Part shown: positions 50,274-62,330 of the stretch, in pieces
How the letters are laid out: each line of letters starts with the position of its first letter
How positions within the stretch are numbered: the stretch's first letter is position 1
NCBI RefSeq assembly: GCF_006345805.1
Contig: NC_042999.1
Coordinates: forward strand, 12,586,001 to 12,650,000
Length of the DNA: 64,000 nt
Reading direction: 5' to 3'
DNA from: Octopus sinensis
Lineage: Eukaryota
Program-made: the position numbers and the translations under genes
Notes under the pieces: generated by a model
The model's database searches: none
Seen by the model: only the letters and a program-made list of their open reading frames with translations
Told to the model about the DNA's origin: nothing

Positions 50274-50935
50274 GTATGACATACTTTTATTACCTATACA
50301 AATTAACTGGTACATGTTTATTTTACTCAATGTATATTTTTCAAGTTGAAGCACATAAATAGGGCATTAACTCTTTTGATACCAACCAGCCCAAGACTGT
50401 TTTCGGTTCTCTGATACAAATTGACTTAAATTAACACCTTCCATCAAAATTTCAGGTTGGTTTATGTTCCAAACACTAGTTTCATAACAGTAAAGTTATT
50501 GTACTAATTCATTATAGATTTTGGGTAAATCAACCATTTACAGGGGTTGATTGAACCTCTGTTCAATACTACAAGGTAGCAATTGTTAGCAATAAACTAT
50601 TACATGCTAGTAATTGTTAGTTTACAATAGTTTGTTGCAAGCAATTGCTAGCTTGCAATAATTCATTGCTAGCTTGTAAGAACGCATTAATAGCAATTGC
50701 TAGCATGTGATAATGTGTTGTTAGTTTGTAGACATTTGTTGCTACTTTTCTTTGTAGATGTGTTATTCATGCAAGATATATAAGAGATTAACTCTCCCTC
50801 AAACATTAGAAGCTTCCCTCATTATTTCTTTTATTATTTCACAATACTTGATGTGAACTCCTACACTCTTCCAAAACATTTCATTATCTGCAAACTTTCA
50901 TACCCATTTCATTCATTTACAAAACCTATCTTTAA

Positions 50936-51156
50936 CCCTTTTGATACCAGCCCAGCCAAAACCACCTCTGACTCTGTAGTACAGATGTCTTGTTTCCAAA
51001 AGTATTGAATTAAAATCTTCCACCAAACCTTAGTCACAATCTATGTTCCCAACACTAGCTTAATGATAACTAAGTTCTTTTACTAAATTCTTTGTTATAT
51101 TTAAATTAATTGAATGAAACACAGAGCATCTCAACAGAAATACAGTAACGAAAGGG
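50936..51156. mobile_element. TTAA-flanked MITE (piggyBac-like ends), best-preserved copy
   Basis: TTAA|CCCTTTTGATAC ... GTAACGAAAGGG|TTAA, 221 bp. Confidence 0.8.
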
Positions 51157-51755
51157 TTAAGATTTAATTATTGCTCTTAATCAAATCTAAAATATGCCTT
51201 TGTGATAAATTAAGATTGTAAGGACATATTTCACTAATTCTTCTCAAATTTGAATATATTACTCTTTTATTTGTTTCAGTCATTTGACTGTGGCCATGCT
51301 GGAGCACCGCCTTTAAATATTAATTGTATTTTTATGTAATATCCTCTTTGTCCTGATTTTATGTCCACTTTTCATACTGCCATGGATTGGGTAGTTTGTC
51401 CTGGTCCAAGTAAGATCTTTTTAGCAGCTCCTGCCCATTTTGGATAGGTTGGGGACCGTATTTCACCCATGCTTTGCATTTTTTTGTATTGTTTCTGATT
51501 GCATGCCCTTCTTAATGCCACCCACTTAACAGACTGTAGGGAGTGCATTCTATGATGGCCCCAGCTCTAGTAAGGTTACTTTGTCCCCTGCAGGATGAAA
51601 GGGTTTCCACTACTCAGTGTTGTTTTCATTTGTTTCAGGCAGCAGGATTTGAGAATGGGAATAACATAGGGAGAGGGGGGGGTGAAGGTGATAGAAGTAA
51701 AAGTAATGAAAGTGAGGAGGTGGAGGGAGAAACGAGGAGATATATCAGCAAAGAT

Positions 51756-51800
<45 letters not shown>

Positions 51801-53866
51801 TTGGCAGTACAGGATGACAGCACAAGTAGAATTCAAAATATGAATATATATATTATTTTTAATCAGCAGAAGTTACAAAGTGACTCAAAAGCTGAGCGTT
51901 TCATGCATGGCCACTTATCAAATTTTGAATTTTGTACACACACACACACACACAGATATTTATACGCATTCATTTTTGAGATATTTCTGAACAGGAAATG
52001 AGTCATGTTTTGAGAATACTTGCTACAGCACCTCAAAATATTAGATTTTATGCTCTTCTGAAAGTCACATATGTAGTAATATAATATGATAATACCACTA
52101 TTTGTATAAGTATGTGGTGTCTGTTTTTGTTCATCATTTAGTCTTAGACTTGGCATTAACAGATGGCTCTGCTGATGTTAAGAAGAGCAGAAAGCTTGCA
52201 GGTTATACTCTAAACATAAGGTGTTTTTCGCTTTTCTGATGGTTGTGTAGCAAGCATTACAGATGTGGAAAATACTTATCAGTTGGTGATAGGGGGTGAC
52301 TTGCTCCCTGGTGTGTGGGCAGTGTTCTTTAACTGCGTTGGGTTTTCCTTTAGTTGAGTGATGGATGCAATGAAGAATGTCTAGAAAAATGGTTTTGGTC
52401 ACCCACTTAGCTCTTTCAGATGAGTTGGAGCCAAATCATATTTTATATGAAGAGTAGTCACATACTAAGAGGGGTTTAGATGAAGCATTAAGATGATGTG
52501 TGGTATGATGATTATTCAGAATCGTTGACAAAAGGCTATGTTTGAAGATGAGGAAGAGGTTAACAGAACTTACGGGGTCAATGTGTTGGTCATGGGTAAA
52601 TGTAGACTGTCCTTTTTCCTTCATTCTATTCACCTCTCACCCATTCCTCTTCCCTTGTACTACTTTACACTCTAGCGATCTCTTGATTCTTCTATTTCCA
52701 CTTCCACTCACTGCCTACATTAAGGACCCATAAAGTTACTTCACTCCTGCTATTTTTATCTCTTCCCCACTCCACCCTGATCACTGCCACCCTCCTCTCT
52801 TCTAAAATCCGAGTAGTCATGTAGCTCCTCAACTACAACAAGAAACCTCCTCTGTTCTTCTGCCTTCTCTAATACTTTAATCCCTTATCTCCCAGCTTTA
52901 AGCTGTTCCTCTCTGGATTTGTTATCATGCAGGCTGCATGGCAATCCCTTTGGTGTCACAAAACAAGTACCCAATACATTGTGTAAAGTGGTGAGTGTTA
53001 AGTATGGCATTCAAGCACAGAAACCATGCCAAAGTAGACATTGCAGAATGATGGAGTCCTTAGACCCGTTGCATCCTGTCAAATGGTCCAACCCATGCCA
53101 GAATGGATCATTGATGGTATAGGATGATGCTTTTCATAATAACTACTGTAGACTGTTGAGAGTGATAAATAATTTGGCTCTACCAAACAGCATTGAAGTA
53201 TGAGGAATGGGAATGCCAGAAAGAGGTGTGTGCATTGAAGGGACCAAGGAAGATCAGTTCAGAGAATGGCAAGGCAGAATAGCTTCGTCAGATCTGATGA
53301 TTATCAGCTAAATTCCAAATTCTCCCTGCTGCCAATAGAGTAGACAACCCTAATGGAATGAGAAAGAGAAACTTTAAGTCAGAGGAACTGAAGGGTTTTG
53401 TTCCTAAACACCAGTAGTTTATGGCCAGGATTCATGGTTGCCAAAAGAGTAGTCTTTGAGAGAGAGAAAGTAGTCTTTTAGTGTGTGTGTAAAGAGACTT
53501 AAGATAGGAGGAATAAAGAGGGAGAGGGTTCAGTCCCATTGTGTGACACCTTTGACAAGTGTCTTTTATTAGAGCTTCATGCTCACCAGTCCCTTGTGAT
53601 TGGATTTGGAAGATGGAAACTGAAAGAAGCTATCGTGTGTGTGTGTGTGTGTGTGCGTATAGCTACTAAAGCTTTCTCTTTTTATTCTCTCTCTGTTTAT
53701 TTTCTCGTGTTCCTTTCTGTTGAAGATTGTAGGCTTGAAACATAAAAGACTTTCTCACCTTCCCAAGCATTAAACTAATACACCTGTTTGTTATTTATAC
53801 ACCTGTCTTCGTCTTTTGTTTTTTTTTGTAAATTCCATCCATATATATATATATATGTATAGTGAA

Positions 53867-54199
53867 GGCACATGGCTGAGTGGTTAGAGCATCGAGCTTA
53901 CGATCGTGAGGTTGTGAGCTCGAATCCCGGACCAGGCTGCATGTTGTGTTCTTGAGCAAGGCACTTTATTTCACGTTGCTCCAGTTAACTCAGCTGTAGA
54001 AATGAGTTGCGACGTCACGGGTGCCAAGCTGTATCGGCTGCTGCCTTTCCCTTGGATAACACTGGTGGCATGGAGAGAGGAGGCCGATATGCATGGGCGA
54101 CTGCTGGTCTTCCATAAACCACCTTGCCCAGACTTGTGACTAGGAGGGTAACTTTCTTGGTGCAATCTCATGGTCAGTGGTGTGACCGAAGGGGGTCCC
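53867..54199 (+). mobile_element. tRNA-derived SINE, apparently full length
   Basis: A-box TGGCTGAGTGG, B-box-like GCTCGAATCCC, central GTGTTCTTGAGCAAGGCACTTTA motif, ends in a (TA)n tail. Confidence 0.8.
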
Positions 54200-54557
54200 A
54201 ATATATATATATATAGGAAGATGTATGATAAACGCAAGATGCAGTTTATGCTGTTTCTTCCCTACACATATTTCACCATTGTGGCTATTGGCATCCTCTG
54301 CAGTGGGTGTCCATAGTGCAATTGGATGCAAATTCACAACAGTTCTTCAGGGGGAACAGTATTACATTATGCTGACACAGATCAAATGCATGGAGCACTA
54401 AGTTCACCAGTAGCAGTCGTACACCTAACTATACAAACAGGAAATACTATACTGCTATTCATATATCATTGTTCATTTTCCATGCTGGCATGGGTTGGAC
54501 GGTTTGACAGGAGCTGGGTAGGCAGAAAACTGCACCAGGCTTCACTGTCTGTTTTGG

Positions 54558-54827
54558 TATAAATTAACAGAATGTAATAAAAAAATCCAAGGCTGTGAAT
54601 AATTTTCAGAACTGTTATAAAGAGGTCTTACAGCTGTTTCTGGGATATTTTATATATCCCATCATCCCTTCTCTATAATAACTATTACATAAACATTTTC
54701 TCGCACCGTCTCTGATGAAGGGATATATTAAATATCCCGGAAACAGCTGTAAGACCTTTTCTTTATAAATGTTCTGAAAACTATTCACAGCCTTGGATTT
54801 TTTTATCTCATTCTGTTGATTTTTATA
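54558..54827. mobile_element. ~270-bp foldback element with ~108-bp inverted arms, probably Penelope-like-element derived
   Basis: Left arm 54558-54666 is the near-exact reverse complement of right arm 54714-54827 (shared AACAGAATG, AAAAAAATCCAAGGCTGTGAATA, TTTTCAGAAC, GGTCTTACAGCTGTTTC, GGGATAT..ATATCCC); ~47-nt spacer. Confidence 0.8.
54708..54755 (+). ncRNA. Minimal type I hammerhead ribozyme motif
   Basis: Stem I GUCU/AGAC; core CUGAUGA 54712-54718; stem II GGGAUAU-AUUAA-AUAUCCC; GAAA 54740-54743; stem III with palindromic AGCU loop; GUA cleavage triplet (cut after 54751). A.G mismatch at the base of stem II. Confidence 0.7.
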
Positions 54828-54951
54828 TATATGCTTGCTAATACACGACCTGTGTTGGACTCCTCATTCGTATCATTGTTACCTTTGGGTCTTTTTGACA
54901 CCAGTACCTCTCATACCCCCCCCATATATATATATATATATATACATACAA

Positions 54952-54980
<29 letters not shown>

Positions 54981-54982
<2 letters not shown>

Positions 54983-55827
54983 GGGTGCGGTGAATAAACT
55001 GTTGTCTAAATTATGCAGAAATGAAAATAACATTGACATCTCATTTTAACAGATATATTTACCAAAGTTACATAAAGAGTAAACTTTGTCAATAAAATCA
55101 CCTTTGGCTTCGACCTCAGCCTCCAGATGATTTCAGAATCTCCTGCAACTCTTCTCCTATGGTCTCCTTATTTAAATTGGTGAATGCTGCCATAATCCTT
55201 ACCTTCAGTTTATCTTTGGTGTTACAAGGAGTTTTGTTGCTGTCTCAACTATGCCCTACACATAATAATCAAGGGGGTTGCAGTCTGGGGAGTTAGGTGA
55301 CCAGATGTTAGGGGTAATGTGGTCGCAGAAATTGTCTGACAGCCATGACTGGTTTCTCCTGCATGTGTGACATGGTGCAGAGTCCTGTTGCCAGACTGTC
55401 TTCCAGCAGCCACCCTCTTGACTCAGGGTAGCATTACTTTCTCTAGGCACTTGATGTAGGCCTCCATGTTGAATCTGAGGCCATGTGGGAAGATGAATTG
55501 AGGCATAACATCACCGTCACTAGTGATCATTCCAAACACCATGATGTTGACTGGATGTTTGATTTTTGTCACTCTCATTACATGTTCTAAGATTGACACC
55601 TAAACACTCTTAAATGTTCATATTGGAATATCAGGTGCGAATGTCAAGCTGTACAGTTTGTCATTTCCAAATTTCTGGCAGAGTGAATTGCATCATGGTG
55701 CTGTTTTTCTCACAGACAGTGCCCAACTGACCCTACTATACTGTACAATTGACAAAATCAAAAACAAACAATGTGTGTACATGAAATAAAAAATATAAAC
55801 TGGCGACAATTTACCCATCGCACCCCG
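54981..55827 (-). mobile_element. Internally deleted maT/DD37D-like Tc1/mariner transposon
   Basis: TA flanks; TIRs CAGGGTGCGGTGAATAAACTGTTGTC vs CGGGGTGCGATGGGTAAATTGTCGCC; remnant WQQDSAPCHT...WSPNSPDCNPLDYYV. Confidence 0.82.
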
Positions 55828-56279
55828 TATATGTATGTAGGAGATGCAGCCATAAATGAGCTTCATTTCAGTTTCTGTTTACCTTTTCCACCCACAAGGC
55901 TTTGGTTGGCCCATATCTATAGTAGAAGACATTTGCCCAAGGTGCTACACAGCGAGACTAAATCTGGAACCATGTGGATTGGAAACAAGCATCTTACCAC
56001 ACAAATTGAGTTAAAGAAACAGAACAGCAAAAGAATTCTATCCTGCAATCAACAGACATTTGCTCAATCCCAGGCAAATTCAAAACCATTAATGTCTCCA
56101 TTGAGACTTAACAGCAAAATCCATTCCTCGACTCAAATTACAATCTTGCATTTATTGCAAATACATCCAGCTTCTTTGATTCTTGTATTTTTAAAGTTTT
56201 TCTTTTTCTCGCTATTTTTTTGTCCTATGTTTTGCCTTTGAAATCCTCTCCTTCAAACACTCAAACATTGAAAATGATA

Positions 56280-56620
56280 GAAGTGACCACTGGCACAAGA
56301 GCTCGAGGGTAACCCCATCTTTGTTTCAAGGACGTCTGTAAAAGGGATATGAAGTTGCTTGATCTGGACATCTCTGGATGGGAGGAGGTTGCAAAGGATT
56401 GCCCACACTGGAGGCAAATACTATGAAAGGGAATGAAGAGAGCAGGAGGAAAAATAGGTACTCGCCATCAAAGAAAAGTGCACTCGAATGCAGTCGCTGC
56501 ATGCATGACTGCCACATTCCAGTGTGGGCTTCTACAGTCACAACAGATGCGGCACCACCATCAGCAGCCGACATGATGTCTTCAGGCACAGATCTATGGC
56601 CTCTTGAGATTGATGGATGT
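56280..56620 (+). mobile_element. RTE-BovB-like LINE 3' remnant
   Basis: FKDVCKRDMKLLDLDISGWEEVAKD..HWR and, across a frameshift, C-x2-C..DCHS.VGFYSHNRC (C2H2-type C-terminus). Confidence 0.65.
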
Positions 56621-57861
56621 GGCACATAAAAAGCATCCATCACACTCTCGGAGTGGTTGGCATTAGGAAGAGTTTCCAACTGTAGAAACTTTGCCAAATC
56701 TGATTGAGGCCTGGTGCAGCTTCCTGGCTTTCCAGCTCTCAGTCAAACTGTCCAATCCATGCCAGTATAGAAAGTGGATGTTAAACGATGATGATGATAT
56801 GTCTAGGTGTGTTGTTTGTGTTGTACCCTGTCATGTGATGATTGTAAATGAGCATTGTCATTATGTAAGCGAGGTTGTCTGTTTCCAGCCTTTTGTGAAA
56901 AAACATGTCTGATCATGGGAAATATTACCTTGCTTATAAACAGGTGAGGCCTGGCAACAGAAAGGCATTGGGTTGTAGAAAATCTGCCTCAATTGACCCA
57001 TGCAAGAATGGAAAAATGAACATTAAAGCAATGATGCTGATGCGTGTTATGAAAGTTAAGCGTGTGTGAATGTGATTAACCATTTAGGCAAATGACTTTG
57101 ATGAGATGTATTTAGTCTTCAGTGGACAATAGTAAAAGAAATATTAAAAACCATTTTAACATTGAATCAAATATTAAAATAACTTCGTTAAAAATACCGA
57201 AATAAAACTAAACCTACTGTCTGAACATATTCCATTTGTTTGTAGTTGTATACGAGTAGATATTTTGTGAAAATGCTTGGAATAATTCTTTAATTGGTGT
57301 CATTTCTAAACACTTCAGAAACAGTTTTTGAGTTGGCATTCTATGACACTTAGCAACCAACCAATTACACTGTATAATTTGACCTTCTTTGTATCACAAT
57401 TTCATTTGTATTTTATTTATTTAGTTTTTGTCCTAATATTATGAGTTATAAAATGAAATGCTCAAAGAGGCAGGTTGTTGTTTATTCTTATGTCTTTGAA
57501 TATTTGGCTTAGTGTAGCATAAGAGGGAAAGTTCTTTGCAAGAAGAGGAAAACTGTAGGAATTATATTTACTTCTATATGTGTCTTTGTGTCTTTGAAGA
57601 GAGCCTGATAAAAATATATATGAAAATACTAGAATTACTTTGACATTTAAGATGATGTTGAAGCTTACAAGATTAATGTAACAGTTTGTGTTAGGGAGGA
57701 GGAGAAGGAGGGAGGTTTAAAGGAAAATATGTGTGCATTTACACTTTGTTGTAATAAAGAGCTATCTTACCAATAATATGAATATATATTAGGTTTTATG
57801 GTACTGTTTATCATATTTGTGAAATTTGGCTGCATTTTCAACAATTATTATATTGCAACTA

Positions 57862-57892
<31 letters not shown>

Positions 57893-58005
57893 ATATGAGA
57901 AAAAGGGAAGGGTTGAAAATGTGCTAAATATTTTTATACATTTTTGCAGACTAAAACAAGTTTTTCTTCATATATTGTAGATGATGATAAATATTTTTAT
58001 TACAT

Positions 58006-60846
58006 ATCATCATCATCATTCCATGCTAGCATGGGTTGGACGGTTCAACTGGGGTCTGGGAAGCCAGAAAGCTGCACCAGGCCCAGTCTGATCTGGCAAT
58101 GTTTCTACGGCTGGATGCCCTTCCTAACGCCAACCACTCCGTGAGTGTAGTGGGTGCTTTTTATGTGCCAGACGGGGCTGGCAAACGGCCACAGTCGGAT
58201 GGTGCTTTTTACGTGCCACCGGCACTGGTATCCCAGCTACAATTTCCATTGATGTTGATCGATTTCGATTTTGATTCTGATTCTCACTTGCCTCAACGGG
58301 TCTTCACAAGTAGAGTTTTGTGTCCCAAGAAGGAAAGGTATGCATAAGTGGACTGGCTACATCCCATGTAGATGCCATGGGTTATGGTTTCACTTGTCCT
58401 GCCGGGTCTTCTCACGCACAGCATACTTCCATAGGTCTCGGTCTCTAGTCATTTCCTCGGTGAGACCTAAAGTTCGGAGGTCGTGCTTCACCACCTCATC
58501 CCAGGTTTTCCTGGGTCTACCTCTTCCACAGGTTCCCTCAACTGCTAGGGTGTGACACATTTTCACACAACTATCTTCATCCATTCTCTCCACATGATAA
58601 TACCAGCACAGCCGTCTCTCTTGCACACCACAACTGATGCTTCTTAAGTTCAACTTTTCTCTCAAGGTACTTACACTCTGTCGAGTATGAACACTGACAT
58701 TACACATCCATCGGAGCATACTGGCTTCATTTCTTGCGAGCTTACGCATATGCTCAGCAGTCACAGCCCATGTTTCACTACCATGTAGCATGGCTGTTCG
58801 TATACAGTCTGCCTTTTGTCACTAGCAGGGGTAAGAGCTCTCTGAACTTTGCCCAGGCTATTCTTACTCTAGCAGTTACACTTTCAGCACACCCACTCCT
58901 GCTACCCTAGATAACTATTTCTAGTTTTTCAGTGTTTATTGCTCCTGAACATCTGCCACATACAAAAACTATTTTCCTAGTTAGCCTTCCTTTGACATTG
59001 CTGCACCTCTTATATGTCCATAGCTTACACTTGGTGCATCTTATAGGGTTTCTACCTACGCCTTTTCTACAGATCGAGCAGGGCCATCTACCTGAAGGCG
59101 TTTGTGACTTGTCTACCTTCCTACTTATTAGGACTTTGGTTTTAGCTAGGTTGACTCTAAGGCCCTTCGATTCCACACCTGAAACTTCTCCTCCAGTTCT
59201 GATAGTGACTCAGCAATTAGAGCAAGGTCATCAGCATAGAGGAGCTCCCAGGAGCATCCTGTCTTGAATTCCTCCGTTATTTCCTAGAGGACTATGATAA
59301 ATAGGAGGGGGCTGAGAACTGAACCTTGGTGGACCCCAACCTCTACCCGGAATTCTTCACTGTACGCATTGCCAACGCTCACCTTACTAGCTGCGTCCCT
59401 GTACATGGCTCGCACAGCTCTCACTAACCATTCATCTATCCCTAGTTTCCTCATTGACCACCAGATAAGGGATCGGGGGACCCTGTTGAAGGCTTTCTCC
59501 ATGTCAACGAAAGCCAGGTACAGGGGCTTATCCTGCAGCTGTCTTACCAGGAATATAGCATCAGTGGTACTTTTCCCTGGCACGAACCCAAACTGCATCT
59601 CATCTAAACTGACTCTTTCTCTAATTAGTTGGGATGTGACCTTTATTACCTGATCCAACAGCTTGATACCCCTGTAGTTATTTGTATCTAGGGCGTCACC
59701 TTTACCTTTGTAGCAGTTGACTATTATGCTGCTACACCAGTCATTGGGAATGACTCCTTCGTGTATCACCTGGTTAACTATATGGGTGACTAGGCTATAG
59801 CCAACACTACCAGATATTTTGAGCATCTCAGCAGTAATTCCTGATGGGCCTGGGGCTTTCCCTGTCTTCATGCTTCTAATTGCCTTAACTATCAAGGAAC
59901 TGTCAACTTGGATAGCTGGTCCCTCTATTGGGTCGACATTTGGCAGACTCTCTTTATCACATTAATTTTCTTTATTCAGCAACCTTTCATAGTGGCATCT
60001 CCAAACCTCTCTCTTTGCAGCCTCATTTAGCACAAGTGAACCATCATCCATGCAGACACATTTCTCTCCTACCACATCATGATTCTCTCTCACACACCGT
60101 CTTGCAACACGAAATACCTCAAGTCTTTCATCCTCACGGCGCAGAACAGTGGCAAATTTTTTCTTATCTGCTTCCCCTCTGGCTAAATACACCTGCCTCC
60201 TAGCTTCCCTTCTGGCAGTCGGATACACTTCCCTGCTACCACCGTTCTTCCAGTCCTTCCAAGCCTGTTTCTTTTCTCTAACAGCCCTGTCAACAACATT
60301 GTTCCACCACCACATTATTTTGGATCTTGAGGGGACTTTGCACCAACAGCAGATCTGGTCAGTGGCTCTCAGCAGGTTGTCCCTTAGAGACCTCCAGTTG
60401 TCTTCCACCCCATTTGAAGCTATATCCTCTTGTATTTCGTCAAAGGCTTCAAGTAATATGTCTCTAAATCTCTGTCCATTCGCAGGATCTTTAAGCTTCC
60501 AGATCCTTCTTCTCTATGTTGGTCGTCCTCTTAGTCCTGATCCTAAAGTCACTAACTACCTATCTATGTTGTGGGGTACATTCTTCACCTGGGAAGGTTT
60601 TGGCATTTATAAGCAGCCAGCTTTCCTTTTTCCTGGCAAGGATGTAGTCAATTTGGCTAGTATGTCGACCCGATCGGTAGGTGACTAGGTGGCTGGTAGG
60701 TTTCCTGAAGTTTGTGTTGCAAACCATAAGACTATTTGTATCGCAGAACTTCAGCAGCCTGGTTCCCTCCTCGTTGCGGGAACCATAACCGTAGCCTCCA
60801 TGTGCGCCATAGAAGCCCCCACCATGTCGTCCAACATGCCCATTGT
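58006..60846 (-). mobile_element. RTE-clade LINE, longest copy in the window (partial APE, RT, Cys-rich finger, 3' UTR), degenerate
   Basis: APE tail (GYGYGSRNEEG, SQIDYILAR), KAPGPSGITAEMLK, YRGIKLLDQV, MQFGFVPGKSTTDAIF, FVDMEKAF, GVHQGSVLSPLLF, YADD; deletions and frameshifts. Confidence 0.92.
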
Positions 60847-61618
60847 TATATTATATATATTTAAAGATAATGGTGTTGTTTTCACATAAAAATGTTTTAT
60901 TGAGAAAAAAAAAGTGCTTTTTATTTATAATAAGCGTTTTCATAAAACAGCATTTACTAAAAGTAGGAGAATCCTTATCTTTAATTTGAAGTGCAACATA
61001 TCTGATTTGGCAGGTTTTTCACAAAATAAATTTTGCAAAAAGGAAAAAAGAAAATGAAAATTATATTTTCTGACCGGTTTGTGCTGGTTTTCAGTTTATC
61101 AATGTAAAGTTCACTTCCAACAGAATTTTTAGTTTGTGGAAAACACACATGGTTAATTTTGCACATGTGTGCACAAACATATACACACTTTCACTATCAT
61201 CATCATCATCATGATTAGTTTGATGTTCACTTCCCTATGTTTCCATGGGTCATGTGGAATTTACTGAGGCAGATATTCTACAAGTGGATACTCTTCCTGT
61301 TGCCAACCCTCACCTTTTTCCAAGCAAGGTTCTATTTCCCCTTGGCCAGACATATTTTGCAGAAGACTGGAAAGGAACGACATTGCTTCTGTGATGGTGT
61401 TATTTGCTTACATCTGTTACATGATGCCCAGACAAGGGCACACCTACACATGCATGCACACACACACACATGCACAATGGGCTTCTTTCAGTTTCCATCT
61501 ATCAAAGCTCTGTTCATTTTCAGTCTTCTGTGAAATGCATCTGGCCATGGGAAAAATATTATCTTGCATGGATTGTGAATATATGATTTTTAACCGTTTT
61601 TTTAAAATTGCTTTCCAG

Positions 61619-61761
61619 GTTGTGGTGGCAATGTAAACAATTTCAAATCATTGGAAGAATGTCAGAAGAATACCCTGTTTGGTGCTTGCTGTATTTACCA
61701 ATATTCTATAAAAAGAGAAGACATAATAAAGGGAAGGCAATCTGTCCAGAAAAGCTGTCAG
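61619..61761 (+). CDS. Exon 8: C-terminal part of Kunitz domain + GACC Cys-containing segment; gene probably continues beyond the window
   Basis: Acceptor TTGCTTTCCAG, phase 1. (G)CGGNVNNFKSLEECQKNTLFGACC completes the Kunitz. The donor CAG|GTCTGT is weak, so the 3' boundary is less certain; read-through stops at 61768-61770. Confidence 0.85.
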
Positions 61762-62293
61762 GTCTGTTGACTAAATTCTACTGATTGAATTGTTTTTGAT
61801 TCCATGATGCATTGTAGGTACAGGCGGGACTCTGTGGTTAAGAAGTTCACTTCCCAATGTGGCAAGTGTTTTCTGCTCTAAGCCTTGCATATGGATTTGA
61901 TAGATGGAAACTGAAAGAAGCATGTTGCGTGTATGTGTGCAAGTTCATATTTTCCCTTATTTTTGCACGTGTTTGCTCATTTGTATGGTGTTGCGTATTA
62001 TTCGGTAAACTGGGAGATTATTAACTAACATGGAAACAAGTTGGCATTAGGAATGTCATTCAGCTGTAAAAAAAACACTGACTCAACAAACTCTTGTCTA
62101 ACCCATGCAAGCATGGAAAAGTAGATGTTAAAAGACCATGATGATGATGATGATGGTGCATTGCTTTAGAAATCCTTAATTTTTGTGAAAGGAGTGAACT
62201 GCTGATTACTTTCTTGATAACATTTTGGAATAAAATTCCTTAAAAAAATGAAATAAAAAATTTGTTTACTTTTTGGATTATGAAAGCAAAATG

Positions 62294-62330
<37 letters not shown>

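Noticed and set aside
53867-53940. tRNA gene
   Set aside because: A and B boxes are present, but I cannot fold a full cloverleaf and it continues into a SINE body and tail.
26378-58347. Recurring ORFs containing [12 protein letters not shown] / MLAWVGRF
   Set aside because: Antisense translations of the non-coding RTE tail, not a gene family.
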